A DNA stretch of 64,000 bases from a virus, in IMG/VR virus record IMGVR_UViG_3300042542_004122, positions 1 through 64,000 of that record. One strand, written 5' to 3'. Below the pieces are notes generated by a model, which saw only the letters and a program-made list of their open reading frames with translations, had not been told where the DNA came from and did no database searches. The position numbers were made by a program, and so were the translations under genes. Below are positions 45,563-54,784 of this stretch, piece by piece (position 1 is the stretch's first letter; every line of letters starts with the position of its first letter).

Positions 45563-45831
45563 TGAAACTATTTGTTAAACATAACGACGTAACCAAAGCG
45601 TATAAGATTTTAACTAAAAAATTAAACGATGAAGGTATTTTTAAGACTTTAAAATCTAAGGAACATTATCTTAGTAAGAGTCAGAAAATACGTGCTAAAA
45701 AGAAAATAGCCCTATCTAGGTTCAGAAAAGAACAGAAAAAGAAAAGAATGATAGAGGCTAGGCAAGAAGAGAAGTTTTTACTTTACTCTAAAAAATCAGG
45801 TAACTTTCAGCAGCCTAGAAGATACTCTTAA
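45562..45831 (+). CDS. rpsU: ribosomal protein bS21
   Basis: V.HNDV.KAYKIL.KKL..EGIF..LK.KEHY..KS. Confidence 0.8.
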   Translation: MKLFVKHNDVTKAYKILTKKLNDEGIFKTLKSKEHYLSKSQKIRAKKKIALSRFRKEQKKKRMIEARQEEKFLLYSKKSGNFQQPRRYS

Positions 45832-45875
45832 AAATACAAGTTGTCTCATACTTATATATTTCATATAATACATAT

Positions 45876-46139
45876 ATGAAAGCATATAAAGGAAAGTTTA
45901 CAAAAAAAGACGGATCTGAGCGAAAAATGGTTTTTGCAAAGATCCTAGACATTACTAAAGTTAATGACGAGTTTATCGCAGCAAAGATCGTAGGAGATGG
46001 TAGATCCAGAAACTATGGACCCGGACAAGAACTTGTTTGGGATTTAGAGGCTGATGATTTTAGAATATTTAACTGGGAAAAAGCCGTAGAAATAGAAGAA
46101 ATAACTATTTCTAAAAGTATTTTTGAAGGAGTTAAATGA
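45876..46139 (+). CDS. WYL-like/SH3 beta-barrel protein
   Basis: FTKKDGSERKM...VWDLEA.DFR.F. Confidence 0.65.
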   Translation: MKAYKGKFTKKDGSERKMVFAKILDITKVNDEFIAAKIVGDGRSRNYGPGQELVWDLEADDFRIFNWEKAVEIEEITISKSIFEGVK

Positions 46140-46451
46140 CTGACGTCGATATTGTTTTAGCACAAGCAAGAAGATTATATCATCATTATACTAATTTAGA
46201 ATCTCCTAATAGACAATTCTCTAGAGTAGCTGATGATTTTGGTTCGATAGTAGAAAATTTAGAATACATTCAATCAAAATTACATAGTGTTTCAACTAAA
46301 ACATAACTACTTTAAAGGTCAAGTCGTAGAATTTAGTTATAATTACTGGTCCATCTATAATGAGGCTGGTAAGCTAATTCTGACTACTAAAGATAAAAAA
46401 TATGCTGAGGCTAAATTGCAACAACTAAATAAGGCTTTAGCAGACAAGATC

Positions 46452-46717
46452 TCGTTGATAGCAGCGAAATAAGCATACTGGACACGGGGGCAGTGCCCGT
46501 CATCTCCACCATAAATATGTCGATTAGTAAACATTGACATATTTATAATGGGGATGAATTAGGATCGACAGGTGTGTAAAGGTTGAAGTAGAGATAGGTG
46601 CGCGAGCGACCTCTAATCGCAAGAAATCAATAAATGCTAACGATAATAGCATCGAAGAGATCCGCCTAGCGGCATAACTTCTGCGGTATGGGCTCCACCG
46701 TATTACCCAACGGGCCT
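46452..46717 (+). ncRNA. ssrA: two-piece (permuted) tmRNA, tag ANDNSIEEIRLAA
   Basis: Acceptor piece ending CATCTCCACCA (46511), intervening hairpin, GGGGATGAA..GGATCGAC (46550), tag ORF 46636-46677. Confidence 0.92.
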
Positions 46718-46739
46718 ATTCCTTTTAGAAAGATTTTTA

Positions 46740-47450
46740 ATGTTTATTTATTGGAGAGTATGCGAATTACAAAAATCTATTAGCTACGTTAATAGATGGA
46801 AAAACTATAACAAAACAGACATCTTAAAAAGATGCTGGTTATCAGTTCAGAGTAGCGTATCTCCAGACGATCAAATCTATCTAATAGAAGATAATGTAAC
46901 CCATGAGACTTTAACTTGGTTAAGAGAGACGTGCAAAGCAAAGCTAAGTATCATACACGTACCAGAACATGCATGGGAATATCATCAACATACAGTAACC
47001 TTGATAGATACGCTAGAATCCTCTGTTAAACAGTATGAGCAAGATGTTCATCTTATTTTAGAAGATGATTATCTGTTTACTCCAAACGGATTAAATACTT
47101 TTAAGTTGTCCGCTGAAAATTGGAATCAAGGATTTATAGCTCCTTACGACTATATTGATAGATATAAAGAAATAAAACCCACTCAAGTTCTTTTAGGCCC
47201 AGATAGACATTGGCGTACAGTAGATAGTATTACTATGACTGTAGCAGCCAAAGGTTTTATCTGGGTTAAGTATTTAAAAGACTTAAAAGATGCAGCTCCT
47301 ACCAGCAATGATAAAGTCTTCGATAAGATTTTATCTGAAGTGCCATGTATCTCTCCAATGCCTTCTTTATGCAGTCATCTTACCGAACATCATAATAGTC
47401 CTTACATGGATATAGAAAATATCTGGAAATATTACGAGAACAATCTATGA
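46740..47450 (+). CDS. GT-A fold glycosyltransferase-like protein
   Basis: ILEDDYLF DxD-like motif. Confidence 0.65.
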   Translation: MFIYWRVCELQKSISYVNRWKNYNKTDILKRCWLSVQSSVSPDDQIYLIEDNVTHETLTWLRETCKAKLSIIHVPEHAWEYHQHTVTLIDTLESSVKQYEQDVHLILEDDYLFTPNGLNTFKLSAENWNQGFIAPYDYIDRYKEIKPTQVLLGPDRHWRTVDSITMTVAAKGFIWVKYLKDLKDAAPTSNDKVFDKILSEVPCISPMPSLCSHLTEHHNSPYMDIENIWKYYENNL

Positions 47451-48451
47451 AGATATATATAACAGGAATAGCAGGATTTTTAGGCAGTCACTTAGCTAAG
47501 AGATTTTTAATGAAAGGCCACAAGGTATCTGGATGTGATACCCTTATAGGTGGTTATTTAGATAATTGTCCGCAACCAGCAGATTTTAAACAGATAGATA
47601 TTTTAAACTATGAAGCTCTTGTAGAGCATATGAAAGATTCAGACATAGTTATTCACACTGCTGCTCTTGCTTATGAGGGTCTATCTGTATTTAGTCCTAA
47701 ACTTGTTACAGAGAACATCTACGCAGGAACTATGAGTGTTGCTACAGCAGCTATAGCTTCTAAAGCTAAACTATTATTGAACTGTAGTTCAATGGCTAGG
47801 TATGGTTTAATAGAAACTCCGTTTACAGAAAAGTCTGTATGCAATCCTATTGATCCATATGGGTTAGCTAAGTATCAAGCCGAACAAGCTATCAATTTAC
47901 TTAGTGATATTCATGGCATTAAAGTAGTTCATGTGGTTCCTCATAATATAATAGGAACTCATCAAAAATATGATGATCCGTATAGAAATGTAGTGTCTAT
48001 CTTTATTAATTCGTTGCTGCAAAGCAATAAGCTCATTATATATGGAGACGGATTACAGAAAAGAAGTTTCAGTCCTGTTGTAGATTGTATAAATGCGATT
48101 ATTAGAATAATCGAAAAAGAAGATATTCCAAATAAAGAAATCTTTAATATAGGACCCGAGGGCAACGAGATTACTATTAAAGACTTAGCCTATAAAGTAG
48201 CACATCTATGTGGTATTTATCCAAGTATTCAATACCTTGCTGATAGACCGCAAGAAGTAAAAAACGCATGGTGTAGTAGTGAAAAAGCTAGAATAGAGCT
48301 AAACTATGCGCCCAACACAAGTATGAACGATACCATTCAAGAAATGGTATCATGGATTCGCGGAAAGGGCGCTAAACCTTTCGATTACAAACTACCTTTA
48401 GAGATTATAAACGAGAAAACACCTAGGACATGGGTAGAAAAACTATATTAA
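47447..48451 (+). CDS. NAD-dependent nucleotide-sugar epimerase/dehydratase
   Basis: TGIAGFLG, SSMARYG, YGLAK. Confidence 0.92.
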   Translation: MKIYITGIAGFLGSHLAKRFLMKGHKVSGCDTLIGGYLDNCPQPADFKQIDILNYEALVEHMKDSDIVIHTAALAYEGLSVFSPKLVTENIYAGTMSVATAAIASKAKLLLNCSSMARYGLIETPFTEKSVCNPIDPYGLAKYQAEQAINLLSDIHGIKVVHVVPHNIIGTHQKYDDPYRNVVSIFINSLLQSNKLIIYGDGLQKRSFSPVVDCINAIIRIIEKEDIPNKEIFNIGPEGNEITIKDLAYKVAHLCGIYPSIQYLADRPQEVKNAWCSSEKARIELNYAPNTSMNDTIQEMVSWIRGKGAKPFDYKLPLEIINEKTPRTWVEKLY

Positions 48452-49398
48452 TATTCAACTCCCAAGCAACGGGAGATTGTCTAATAGGCACTCATGCCGC
48501 TAGGTTTATAAAACAGGCGTATCCAGATTCTCATATAATTTTTTGTGTAAGACAGAATTTGACACTTACTACAGCTGAAAATAATAAAAACGGTATCTTT
48601 GAAGTTTTAGAAATATTGGAACTTCAAGAACATATAGATGACGTTGGTTTTATTGATTTTCAAGGTAATGTTAATACTAAAAATAATTCTCTTACCAGTT
48701 CTCCAGATATTATATATCAACAACACGGATGGTTTTCTGATTTAGGCGTCGTAAAAAGCGCACTTACTGAGATAGCAGAAGAAATTGGTTGGAATAATAT
48801 TCACACAGAAACTAAGTTCTCCGTTGGAGAAGAAGCACACAAATACAGTCAATTTACTGTAGCTACTGCTGGTCCTCTAGATTGGAATAGAAAACTAAAT
48901 AAAAATCTAGACTACGGCAAAATATTTAATTACTTAAGGTCTCTAATACCTGACGTGCGTATAATACCGCTTGGTAGAGATGTTAGTGATTCTAGCTATT
49001 TAACCTCTCTTAGAGAGTTGAATAAATGTCATATGTATTTAGGACCTATGGGTTCTATGACAGCTATGGCAGCAGGTCTAGGAATAGATACTATAAATAT
49101 ATGTAGTGTTTTTCCACCTACATTTGATTCTCCAGAGTTTTATCATAGCGGAAATCATCACAGCGTAACTGCAAAAGAAGATAAACATTGCGGAACTTAT
49201 GCATGTATTAAACCTGCCTTTTATAAAAAAGAATATAGTAAGACCAAGATAGGTAATCCAGAAACTGAATATCCTTTTTGGACTAACACTTGTGGATACC
49301 GAGAAGATAAAAAATCTTGTGTAATAAATATAACAGAAGACGATATTATAGAAAAGATTGATAAATGGTTCAAACAGTTACATTCGAAGATCAAATAG
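48430..49398 (+). CDS. GT9 (heptosyltransferase)-like glycosyltransferase
   Basis: TGDCL...IKQAYPDSHI, GSMTAMAAGLG. Confidence 0.65.
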   Translation: MGRKTILIFNSQATGDCLIGTHAARFIKQAYPDSHIIFCVRQNLTLTTAENNKNGIFEVLEILELQEHIDDVGFIDFQGNVNTKNNSLTSSPDIIYQQHGWFSDLGVVKSALTEIAEEIGWNNIHTETKFSVGEEAHKYSQFTVATAGPLDWNRKLNKNLDYGKIFNYLRSLIPDVRIIPLGRDVSDSSYLTSLRELNKCHMYLGPMGSMTAMAAGLGIDTINICSVFPPTFDSPEFYHSGNHHSVTAKEDKHCGTYACIKPAFYKKEYSKTKIGNPETEYPFWTNTCGYREDKKSCVINITEDDIIEKIDKWFKQLHSKIK

Positions 49399-49874
49399 TT
49401 CCAGAGTATATTACAAAAGGTAATCATACCAGATTCATAGAGCCTTTAGCTTTAGAAGTATGTAAAGGTCACGGGTTAGATATAGGTTGTAATAGAGTAG
49501 AGTGGGCCTTAAAAGGCGCAGTGCCTATAGATCCAGTCATAGATCCTAATAGCCATGCGCTCTCATTACCTTTAAGATATGGCGGATGGAATTATATTTA
49601 TAGTTCACATTGTCTAGAGCATATTCCTGACTACATGGAAGTCTTACGTTTTTGGACTGCATGCCTAGCTCCGAAAGGAACTCTATTTTTATATTTACCA
49701 CATCCAGATTGTAAATATTGGAGACCTTGGAAAATGCCTACTCGTAAACATTTACATCAGTTCTACCCAGAACAAATTCATGACGTTTTAAGCAGTCTTG
49801 GATATAAAAACATATTTGTAAGTGGTAGAGATTTGGCTTTTAGTTTTGCAGCATTTGGAGAAAAAAGTGAATAA
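49365..49874 (+). CDS. class I SAM methyltransferase
   Basis: GLDIGC, YSSHCLEH, LYLPH. Confidence 0.85.
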   Translation: MVQTVTFEDQIVPEYITKGNHTRFIEPLALEVCKGHGLDIGCNRVEWALKGAVPIDPVIDPNSHALSLPLRYGGWNYIYSSHCLEHIPDYMEVLRFWTACLAPKGTLFLYLPHPDCKYWRPWKMPTRKHLHQFYPEQIHDVLSSLGYKNIFVSGRDLAFSFAAFGEKSE

Positions 49875-50619
49875 GGTATCTATTATAACTCCATATCTTT
49901 TTGAAGAAGAAATCAGCCACCTTAAACAAGCATCTGTTTTCTTAGATGCCGAGTTTATTTTCGAAGAAGATACTGCCAGAATAGGCTGCGATCTCATGTA
50001 TCAAAAATTATGGAAAAAGGCAAATCCTAATGACGTAATTATTTTACACTCTGATATGGATTTTTACAATGGTATTGAAAACTGGTTTAATGACTTATTA
50101 AAGTATGTTAATAAATACCCAGAAGCAGGAATGTTTGGTTGTAAACTACTATACCCTTTAAAAAATAAGAATAACCAACCACTTATTCAATGTGCTGGTG
50201 GAAAATTTTTAGAGGACGGCGCTCCAGATCATTTTGGTTCTGGTATAGATGTATTTTCTCAAAAAACATTTAAAGACGTTGAACCTGATTTAGGTCAATA
50301 TGATTACGTTAGGGAAGTAGCTTGGACTACTTTTGGTGGGATATACATTCGCAGACAGCTATTAGATCAAGTCGGAGATTTTGATCCTAGCTTTGAGTGG
50401 ACATATAAAAGAGACGTTGATTATTGTTTGATGGCTAGAGATAAAGGTTGGAAGATATACCAGGTGCCTGTCCCTCTATACCATTTTGAAAGTAAAGATG
50501 TAAAGAGAATTAGGACTCAATCAAATGCAGATGCTGAGACTAGAAATATGCAAAGGCTATTAAACAAATGGAAAGGTTCAGAGTTGTATAAAACTCTCGA
50601 CATTAAAATTAATGACTAA
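49867..50619 (+). CDS. GT2 glycosyltransferase
   Basis: LHSD, GCKLLYP, DVDYCL. Confidence 0.85.
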   Translation: MNKVSIITPYLFEEEISHLKQASVFLDAEFIFEEDTARIGCDLMYQKLWKKANPNDVIILHSDMDFYNGIENWFNDLLKYVNKYPEAGMFGCKLLYPLKNKNNQPLIQCAGGKFLEDGAPDHFGSGIDVFSQKTFKDVEPDLGQYDYVREVAWTTFGGIYIRRQLLDQVGDFDPSFEWTYKRDVDYCLMARDKGWKIYQVPVPLYHFESKDVKRIRTQSNADAETRNMQRLLNKWKGSELYKTLDIKIND

Positions 50620-50872
50620 GTATATTAAAAAAGAAGAATTTGAAAAAACACTAGAAACTACTATTGGCAAGTCTAATAAACAAGAGTCAATAATACTAGA
50701 AGCATATACTGGTTGGTTATGTGGATGGGTGCTGGCTATTTTTTCTATAGCATTCCTCTTAGCATTCGTATTATTATGCATATTACCTTTAGTTTTAGTC
50801 TTTGGACCAATTATATTACTAGAGTTATGGATTACAGGAGCACTTACCCGTGAACGAAGAAAAAACAAATAA
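50612..50872 (+). CDS. membrane protein
   Basis: Long hydrophobic segment. Confidence 0.6.
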   Translation: MTKYIKKEEFEKTLETTIGKSNKQESIILEAYTGWLCGWVLAIFSIAFLLAFVLLCILPLVLVFGPIILLELWITGALTRERRKNK

Positions 50873-51599
50873 ATTAATAGAATTAGCTACTAAGTCATAC
50901 GAAAACTCCCAGAGAAATCTTTCAAAAATTGCTAATGACTGGAGAGTAATGGATCAATACTCAGTGTCTTCAAAGAAATTTAAAAATCTTTTAAGCAATC
51001 TGTGTAGCCTAGAAAATTGTTGTTATCTTGAATTAGGATGTTTTAGAGGCGGTACTTTAACCGCTGCACTAATGCAAAATAAACTTTTAGCAGCTTATGC
51101 AGTAGATAACTTTACCTATAACCCGTTAGGCCAACATAAAGATCCAGAAACAGGAAAGATATCTTCTTATAACCCTGACGGATGGCCTAATGTTAAATTG
51201 AACCTAATTGAAAATCTGGAAAAACTAAGTCTAGATAAATCAGTAAAAGTATTTATGGGAGACTGGGATAAAATATCTCCTACATTTATTAAACATAAGC
51301 TTAACATTATACATTTAGATATACCACATAAAACTAACGATATTTTAAATTTTTATGATAATAAGTTTGATGATGTATTTATATTAGTCGTAACTAACTA
51401 TAACGAAAGAGAAATAAGAGAAGACGTAGACAAGTATATCTCTGATAAAAAATATGAGGTAAAGCACAAAATAACCACATACAGTGCTTCTAATGCAGAC
51501 ACCGAAGGATGGTGGAATGGCGTAAGCGTTATGGTAATTCAAAAACAAAATGAGGTTTTAAATGAGAAAAAAGTCAGTAATCAGCCTAATCAGTTATGA
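50850..51599 (+). CDS. methyltransferase-like protein
   Basis: YLELGCFRGGT, AVDNF, WWNG. Confidence 0.75.
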   Translation: MNEEKTNKLIELATKSYENSQRNLSKIANDWRVMDQYSVSSKKFKNLLSNLCSLENCCYLELGCFRGGTLTAALMQNKLLAAYAVDNFTYNPLGQHKDPETGKISSYNPDGWPNVKLNLIENLEKLSLDKSVKVFMGDWDKISPTFIKHKLNIIHLDIPHKTNDILNFYDNKFDDVFILVVTNYNEREIREDVDKYISDKKYEVKHKITTYSASNADTEGWWNGVSVMVIQKQNEVLNEKKVSNQPNQL

Positions 51600-52383
51600 T
51601 GCGGAATATCTTCCAGATAGTATTCTCAGCTACTATGACTATGTAGATGAAATTGTCCTTGGATTAGACGAGGATAGGATTACCTGGAGCGGTAATAAAT
51701 TCTCTTTTGACGAAGCAAAACTATATTCAGCGTTAAAAGCAATAGACGTAGATAATAAAATTTCTATAATAGAGCATAACTTTCATCACAGTAAAGTAGC
51801 ATTAGAAAACGATAACTTTGAAAGAAATTATTTAAAATCTCAATGCACTAATGATTGGATTTTTAGTGTTGATGCAGATGAGACTCTGTTGAATTCTAAA
51901 GACTTTTTCTTGAAATTCTTACCGCTGGTTGAGAGATATAACAATAGTGTTGATCTGTTGTTTACATGGTTTTTACCTTATAAAGAATTTGACGATTCAT
52001 ATTTAGTTATTGCTAACGAAGACAATACTTGGTTTAGAGGTGATACACAAGGGTTTGTAACACATAAAAATAACGAATATACCTATTGTAGATGGACTAA
52101 TAACAGAAAACACCTGCGCACTCCTCTAGCAGTTTTACACTGGAGTTTCTGTAGAAAAGAAACTAAGCTAGATCAGAAATTAAATAATTTTGGACATAGC
52201 GATAAAACTGCAAAAGATCCTTTCTTTCATAATTGGAAATTGGTAAATCTAGATAACTATACACAGTTAAGAAATTTTAAAACTAGTGGATATGGTGCTA
52301 ACCAATGGGAGAAGCTAGTCAGGGTTCCTAAAAAAGAATTTCTAAATATTGCAAATCAAGAAGCTAGAAGAGTGTACACATGA
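51562..52383 (+). CDS. GT2-like glycosyltransferase
   Basis: VDEIV, WIFSVDADE. Confidence 0.75.
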   Translation: MRKKSVISLISYDAEYLPDSILSYYDYVDEIVLGLDEDRITWSGNKFSFDEAKLYSALKAIDVDNKISIIEHNFHHSKVALENDNFERNYLKSQCTNDWIFSVDADETLLNSKDFFLKFLPLVERYNNSVDLLFTWFLPYKEFDDSYLVIANEDNTWFRGDTQGFVTHKNNEYTYCRWTNNRKHLRTPLAVLHWSFCRKETKLDQKLNNFGHSDKTAKDPFFHNWKLVNLDNYTQLRNFKTSGYGANQWEKLVRVPKKEFLNIANQEARRVYT

Positions 52384-53549
52384 AAGTAGAAATTGTAGGT
52401 AAATTTTTTGATAATCATAGCTTATCTATTATTAATAGATATATTGCTATTGAACTAGATAAGCTTAGTGAAACTAACGAAGTTGAAGTATGTATTACTC
52501 CAATAGATAAGTTAGATCCTTCTTTTAAAGTAGACAAAAAATTCTTAAAAAGACTAACTGAATTATCTAAAGATAGAAACCCAGATAAAAAGGTAGATAT
52601 TCAAATTAGACATACTTATCCTCCTATGTGGGTGTGGCCTAATAACCCAGAGACTAAGGTTATTTATATTCAACCATGGGAGTTCTCTAGAGTTCCTTTT
52701 GAATGGCAGTATAAGTTTGAAACCTTTGCAGACCATGTGATAGTTCCTAGCACTTGGGTTAGAGATAGATACTTAGAAGGTGGAATAAATCCTAGCAAGA
52801 TAACTGTAATTCCTAATGGGTATAACCCAGAAGTCTTTAATAAAGAAGGCGCTTTAACTTCTTTATTCGATAATAAAAAGTTTACTTTCACGTTTGTTGG
52901 GTGTGGACAGTTTAGAAAAGGTATTGATGTTTTAATAGACACCTTTAAAGAAGTATTTGTAAAAGCTGATGCTGTAAGATTGTTTATTAAAGACTCTCCG
53001 CAGATATACGGAAATAATAATCTTCTACATGAACTCACAAGAATACAATACTATAAGAGCTGTGCCGAAATAATACTCAATGATGACTCTTTATCAGAAG
53101 AGGAAATGGCTCAAATCTATCGTTCTACAGATGTATTAGTGCATCCATATAGAGGAGAAGGTTTTGGTATGCATGTGCAGGAAGCTATGGCTTGCGGAGC
53201 ATTTCCATTGATTACAGGCGGAGGTCCTACAGATGATTTCGTTAATGAAGAGTGTGGCCTGAGAATAAACTCTAGCAAGAGATTAGTTAATTTTAATGAT
53301 GAAAAGATATTTGCTACTAAACCCGGAGACAGCTTAACTAACATGGGCAGCCATGGATGGGTTTTAGAACCAGACGCTACAGATCTTAGAAATAAAATGC
53401 AGTATCTATATTACCATCAGGAAAAAGATAGCATATTATCGAAAGTTAATAACGCTAAGCTGTTTACATGGGAATCTGTGGCAAAAAATTATTTCCAGAC
53501 ATTAGCACACATAGTATTAGACACAAGAAAACCAACTAGAATAAAATAG
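52380..53549 (+). CDS. GT4 (GT-B) glycosyltransferase
   Basis: IPNG, RKGIDVL, GEGFGM...EAMACG. Confidence 0.9.
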   Translation: MKVEIVGKFFDNHSLSIINRYIAIELDKLSETNEVEVCITPIDKLDPSFKVDKKFLKRLTELSKDRNPDKKVDIQIRHTYPPMWVWPNNPETKVIYIQPWEFSRVPFEWQYKFETFADHVIVPSTWVRDRYLEGGINPSKITVIPNGYNPEVFNKEGALTSLFDNKKFTFTFVGCGQFRKGIDVLIDTFKEVFVKADAVRLFIKDSPQIYGNNNLLHELTRIQYYKSCAEIILNDDSLSEEEMAQIYRSTDVLVHPYRGEGFGMHVQEAMACGAFPLITGGGPTDDFVNEECGLRINSSKRLVNFNDEKIFATKPGDSLTNMGSHGWVLEPDATDLRNKMQYLYYHQEKDSILSKVNNAKLFTWESVAKNYFQTLAHIVLDTRKPTRIK

Positions 53550-53601
53550 TTGCTTGCTTACTACTACACAATAGTGTTATTATTCTTTTAAAGGTAAAAA
53601 A

Positions 53602-53877
53602 GTGTATTATGACGATTTAGATTTTGGCATAGCTTATATGAAATCTGACTATAGCGGTGTCAAAGTCACCATGAATTCTTTTAGAGACAGAACATATATT
53701 CATATTAGAGAATATTTATTCGACCCAGATGAAGAAGTATGGTTTCCAACTAAAAAAGGATATGCTTTAAATGCAAATGAAGTAGATACTGTTATTCACT
53801 TGTTAACTAAAGCTAGTAAAAAACTAAGTGCTGATTATAAACCAGATGATCAGTTAGAATTTAATTTTGAGGAGTAA
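53602..53877 (+). CDS. PC4-like ssDNA-binding protein
   Basis: FRDRTYIHIREY...WFPTKKG. Confidence 0.8.
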   Translation: MYYDDLDFGIAYMKSDYSGVKVTMNSFRDRTYIHIREYLFDPDEEVWFPTKKGYALNANEVDTVIHLLTKASKKLSADYKPDDQLEFNFEE

Positions 53878-53879
53878 TA

Positions 53880-54203
53880 ATGAGTACAAAAGCCTGGTCC
53901 GATGAAGAAGAAGCAAAGTTAAAAGACCTATATTTAACTAAAACACAAGACATAGAAGAGATTGCACAAGAGTTTCCGCATAAAGGATATAGAAGTATTA
54001 TCTCTAAACTAGTTCAGTTAAAGATTTATCAAAAGCCAGAAGAGGCTCAGCCTGATAAAACAAAAACAGTTAAGTTGATGTTGCGAGATCTCGAAACTAT
54101 GTTAGACATAGAGATAGAAGGCACTAATCTTAACAAAAAAGAAAATCTAAAAAATCTAGTAGAATCTGTAACTAGACTTTATACTTTAGCAAACGATAAA
54201 TGA
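53880..54203 (+). CDS. T5 D3-like DNA-binding protein
   Basis: WSDEEE...EIA...RSIISKL; position matches T5. Confidence 0.6.
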   Translation: MSTKAWSDEEEAKLKDLYLTKTQDIEEIAQEFPHKGYRSIISKLVQLKIYQKPEEAQPDKTKTVKLMLRDLETMLDIEIEGTNLNKKENLKNLVESVTRLYTLANDK

Positions 54204-54772
54204 TTATAGGAATTAGCGGTAAGCTATACAGCGGCAAAGACACCCTAGCTTCTTGCCTTTTGCATGAGTTTGACGACTATGGTGTTACTTTTATGCAAAA
54301 ATCTTTTGCCTTTAAGCTCAAGAAAATGGGCGCATACTTAACAAATACTCCAGAAATTTGGTGGTTTACTCAAGAAGGTAAGCAACATTATTTACCTAAA
54401 TGGGACATGACCATAGGAGAATTTCAACAAAAACTAGGAACAGAAGCCATGCGAGATAATATTCATCCAGACGGATGGGTAATAGCGTTAATGTCTGAAT
54501 ACTCATCTTTTGATAACTGGATAATTACAGATGTTAGATTCCCTAACGAAGCAGAAGCAATAAAAAAAGAAGGTGGAATCCTTATTAGGATAGATGGTGA
54601 CCCTTCTGACGGAAGAAAAAACTCTAAAAGAGATCTAAATCATCCAAGTGAAACATTGCTAGATAACTACGATGGTTTTGATTATAAGATACTTAATGTG
54701 CCTCCTATTGAAATGCTACAGAAGCAAGCACATACTATTGCTTTTAACTTGCTAAGATCTAGAATTTATTAA
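54200..54772 (+). CDS. deoxynucleoside monophosphate kinase
   Basis: GKLYSGKDT, QKLGTE, ITDVRFPNE, HPSE. Confidence 0.9.
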   Translation: MIIGISGKLYSGKDTLASCLLHEFDDYGVTFMQKSFAFKLKKMGAYLTNTPEIWWFTQEGKQHYLPKWDMTIGEFQQKLGTEAMRDNIHPDGWVIALMSEYSSFDNWIITDVRFPNEAEAIKKEGGILIRIDGDPSDGRKNSKRDLNHPSETLLDNYDGFDYKILNVPPIEMLQKQAHTIAFNLLRSRIY

Positions 54773-54784
54773 TATAATATAAGA

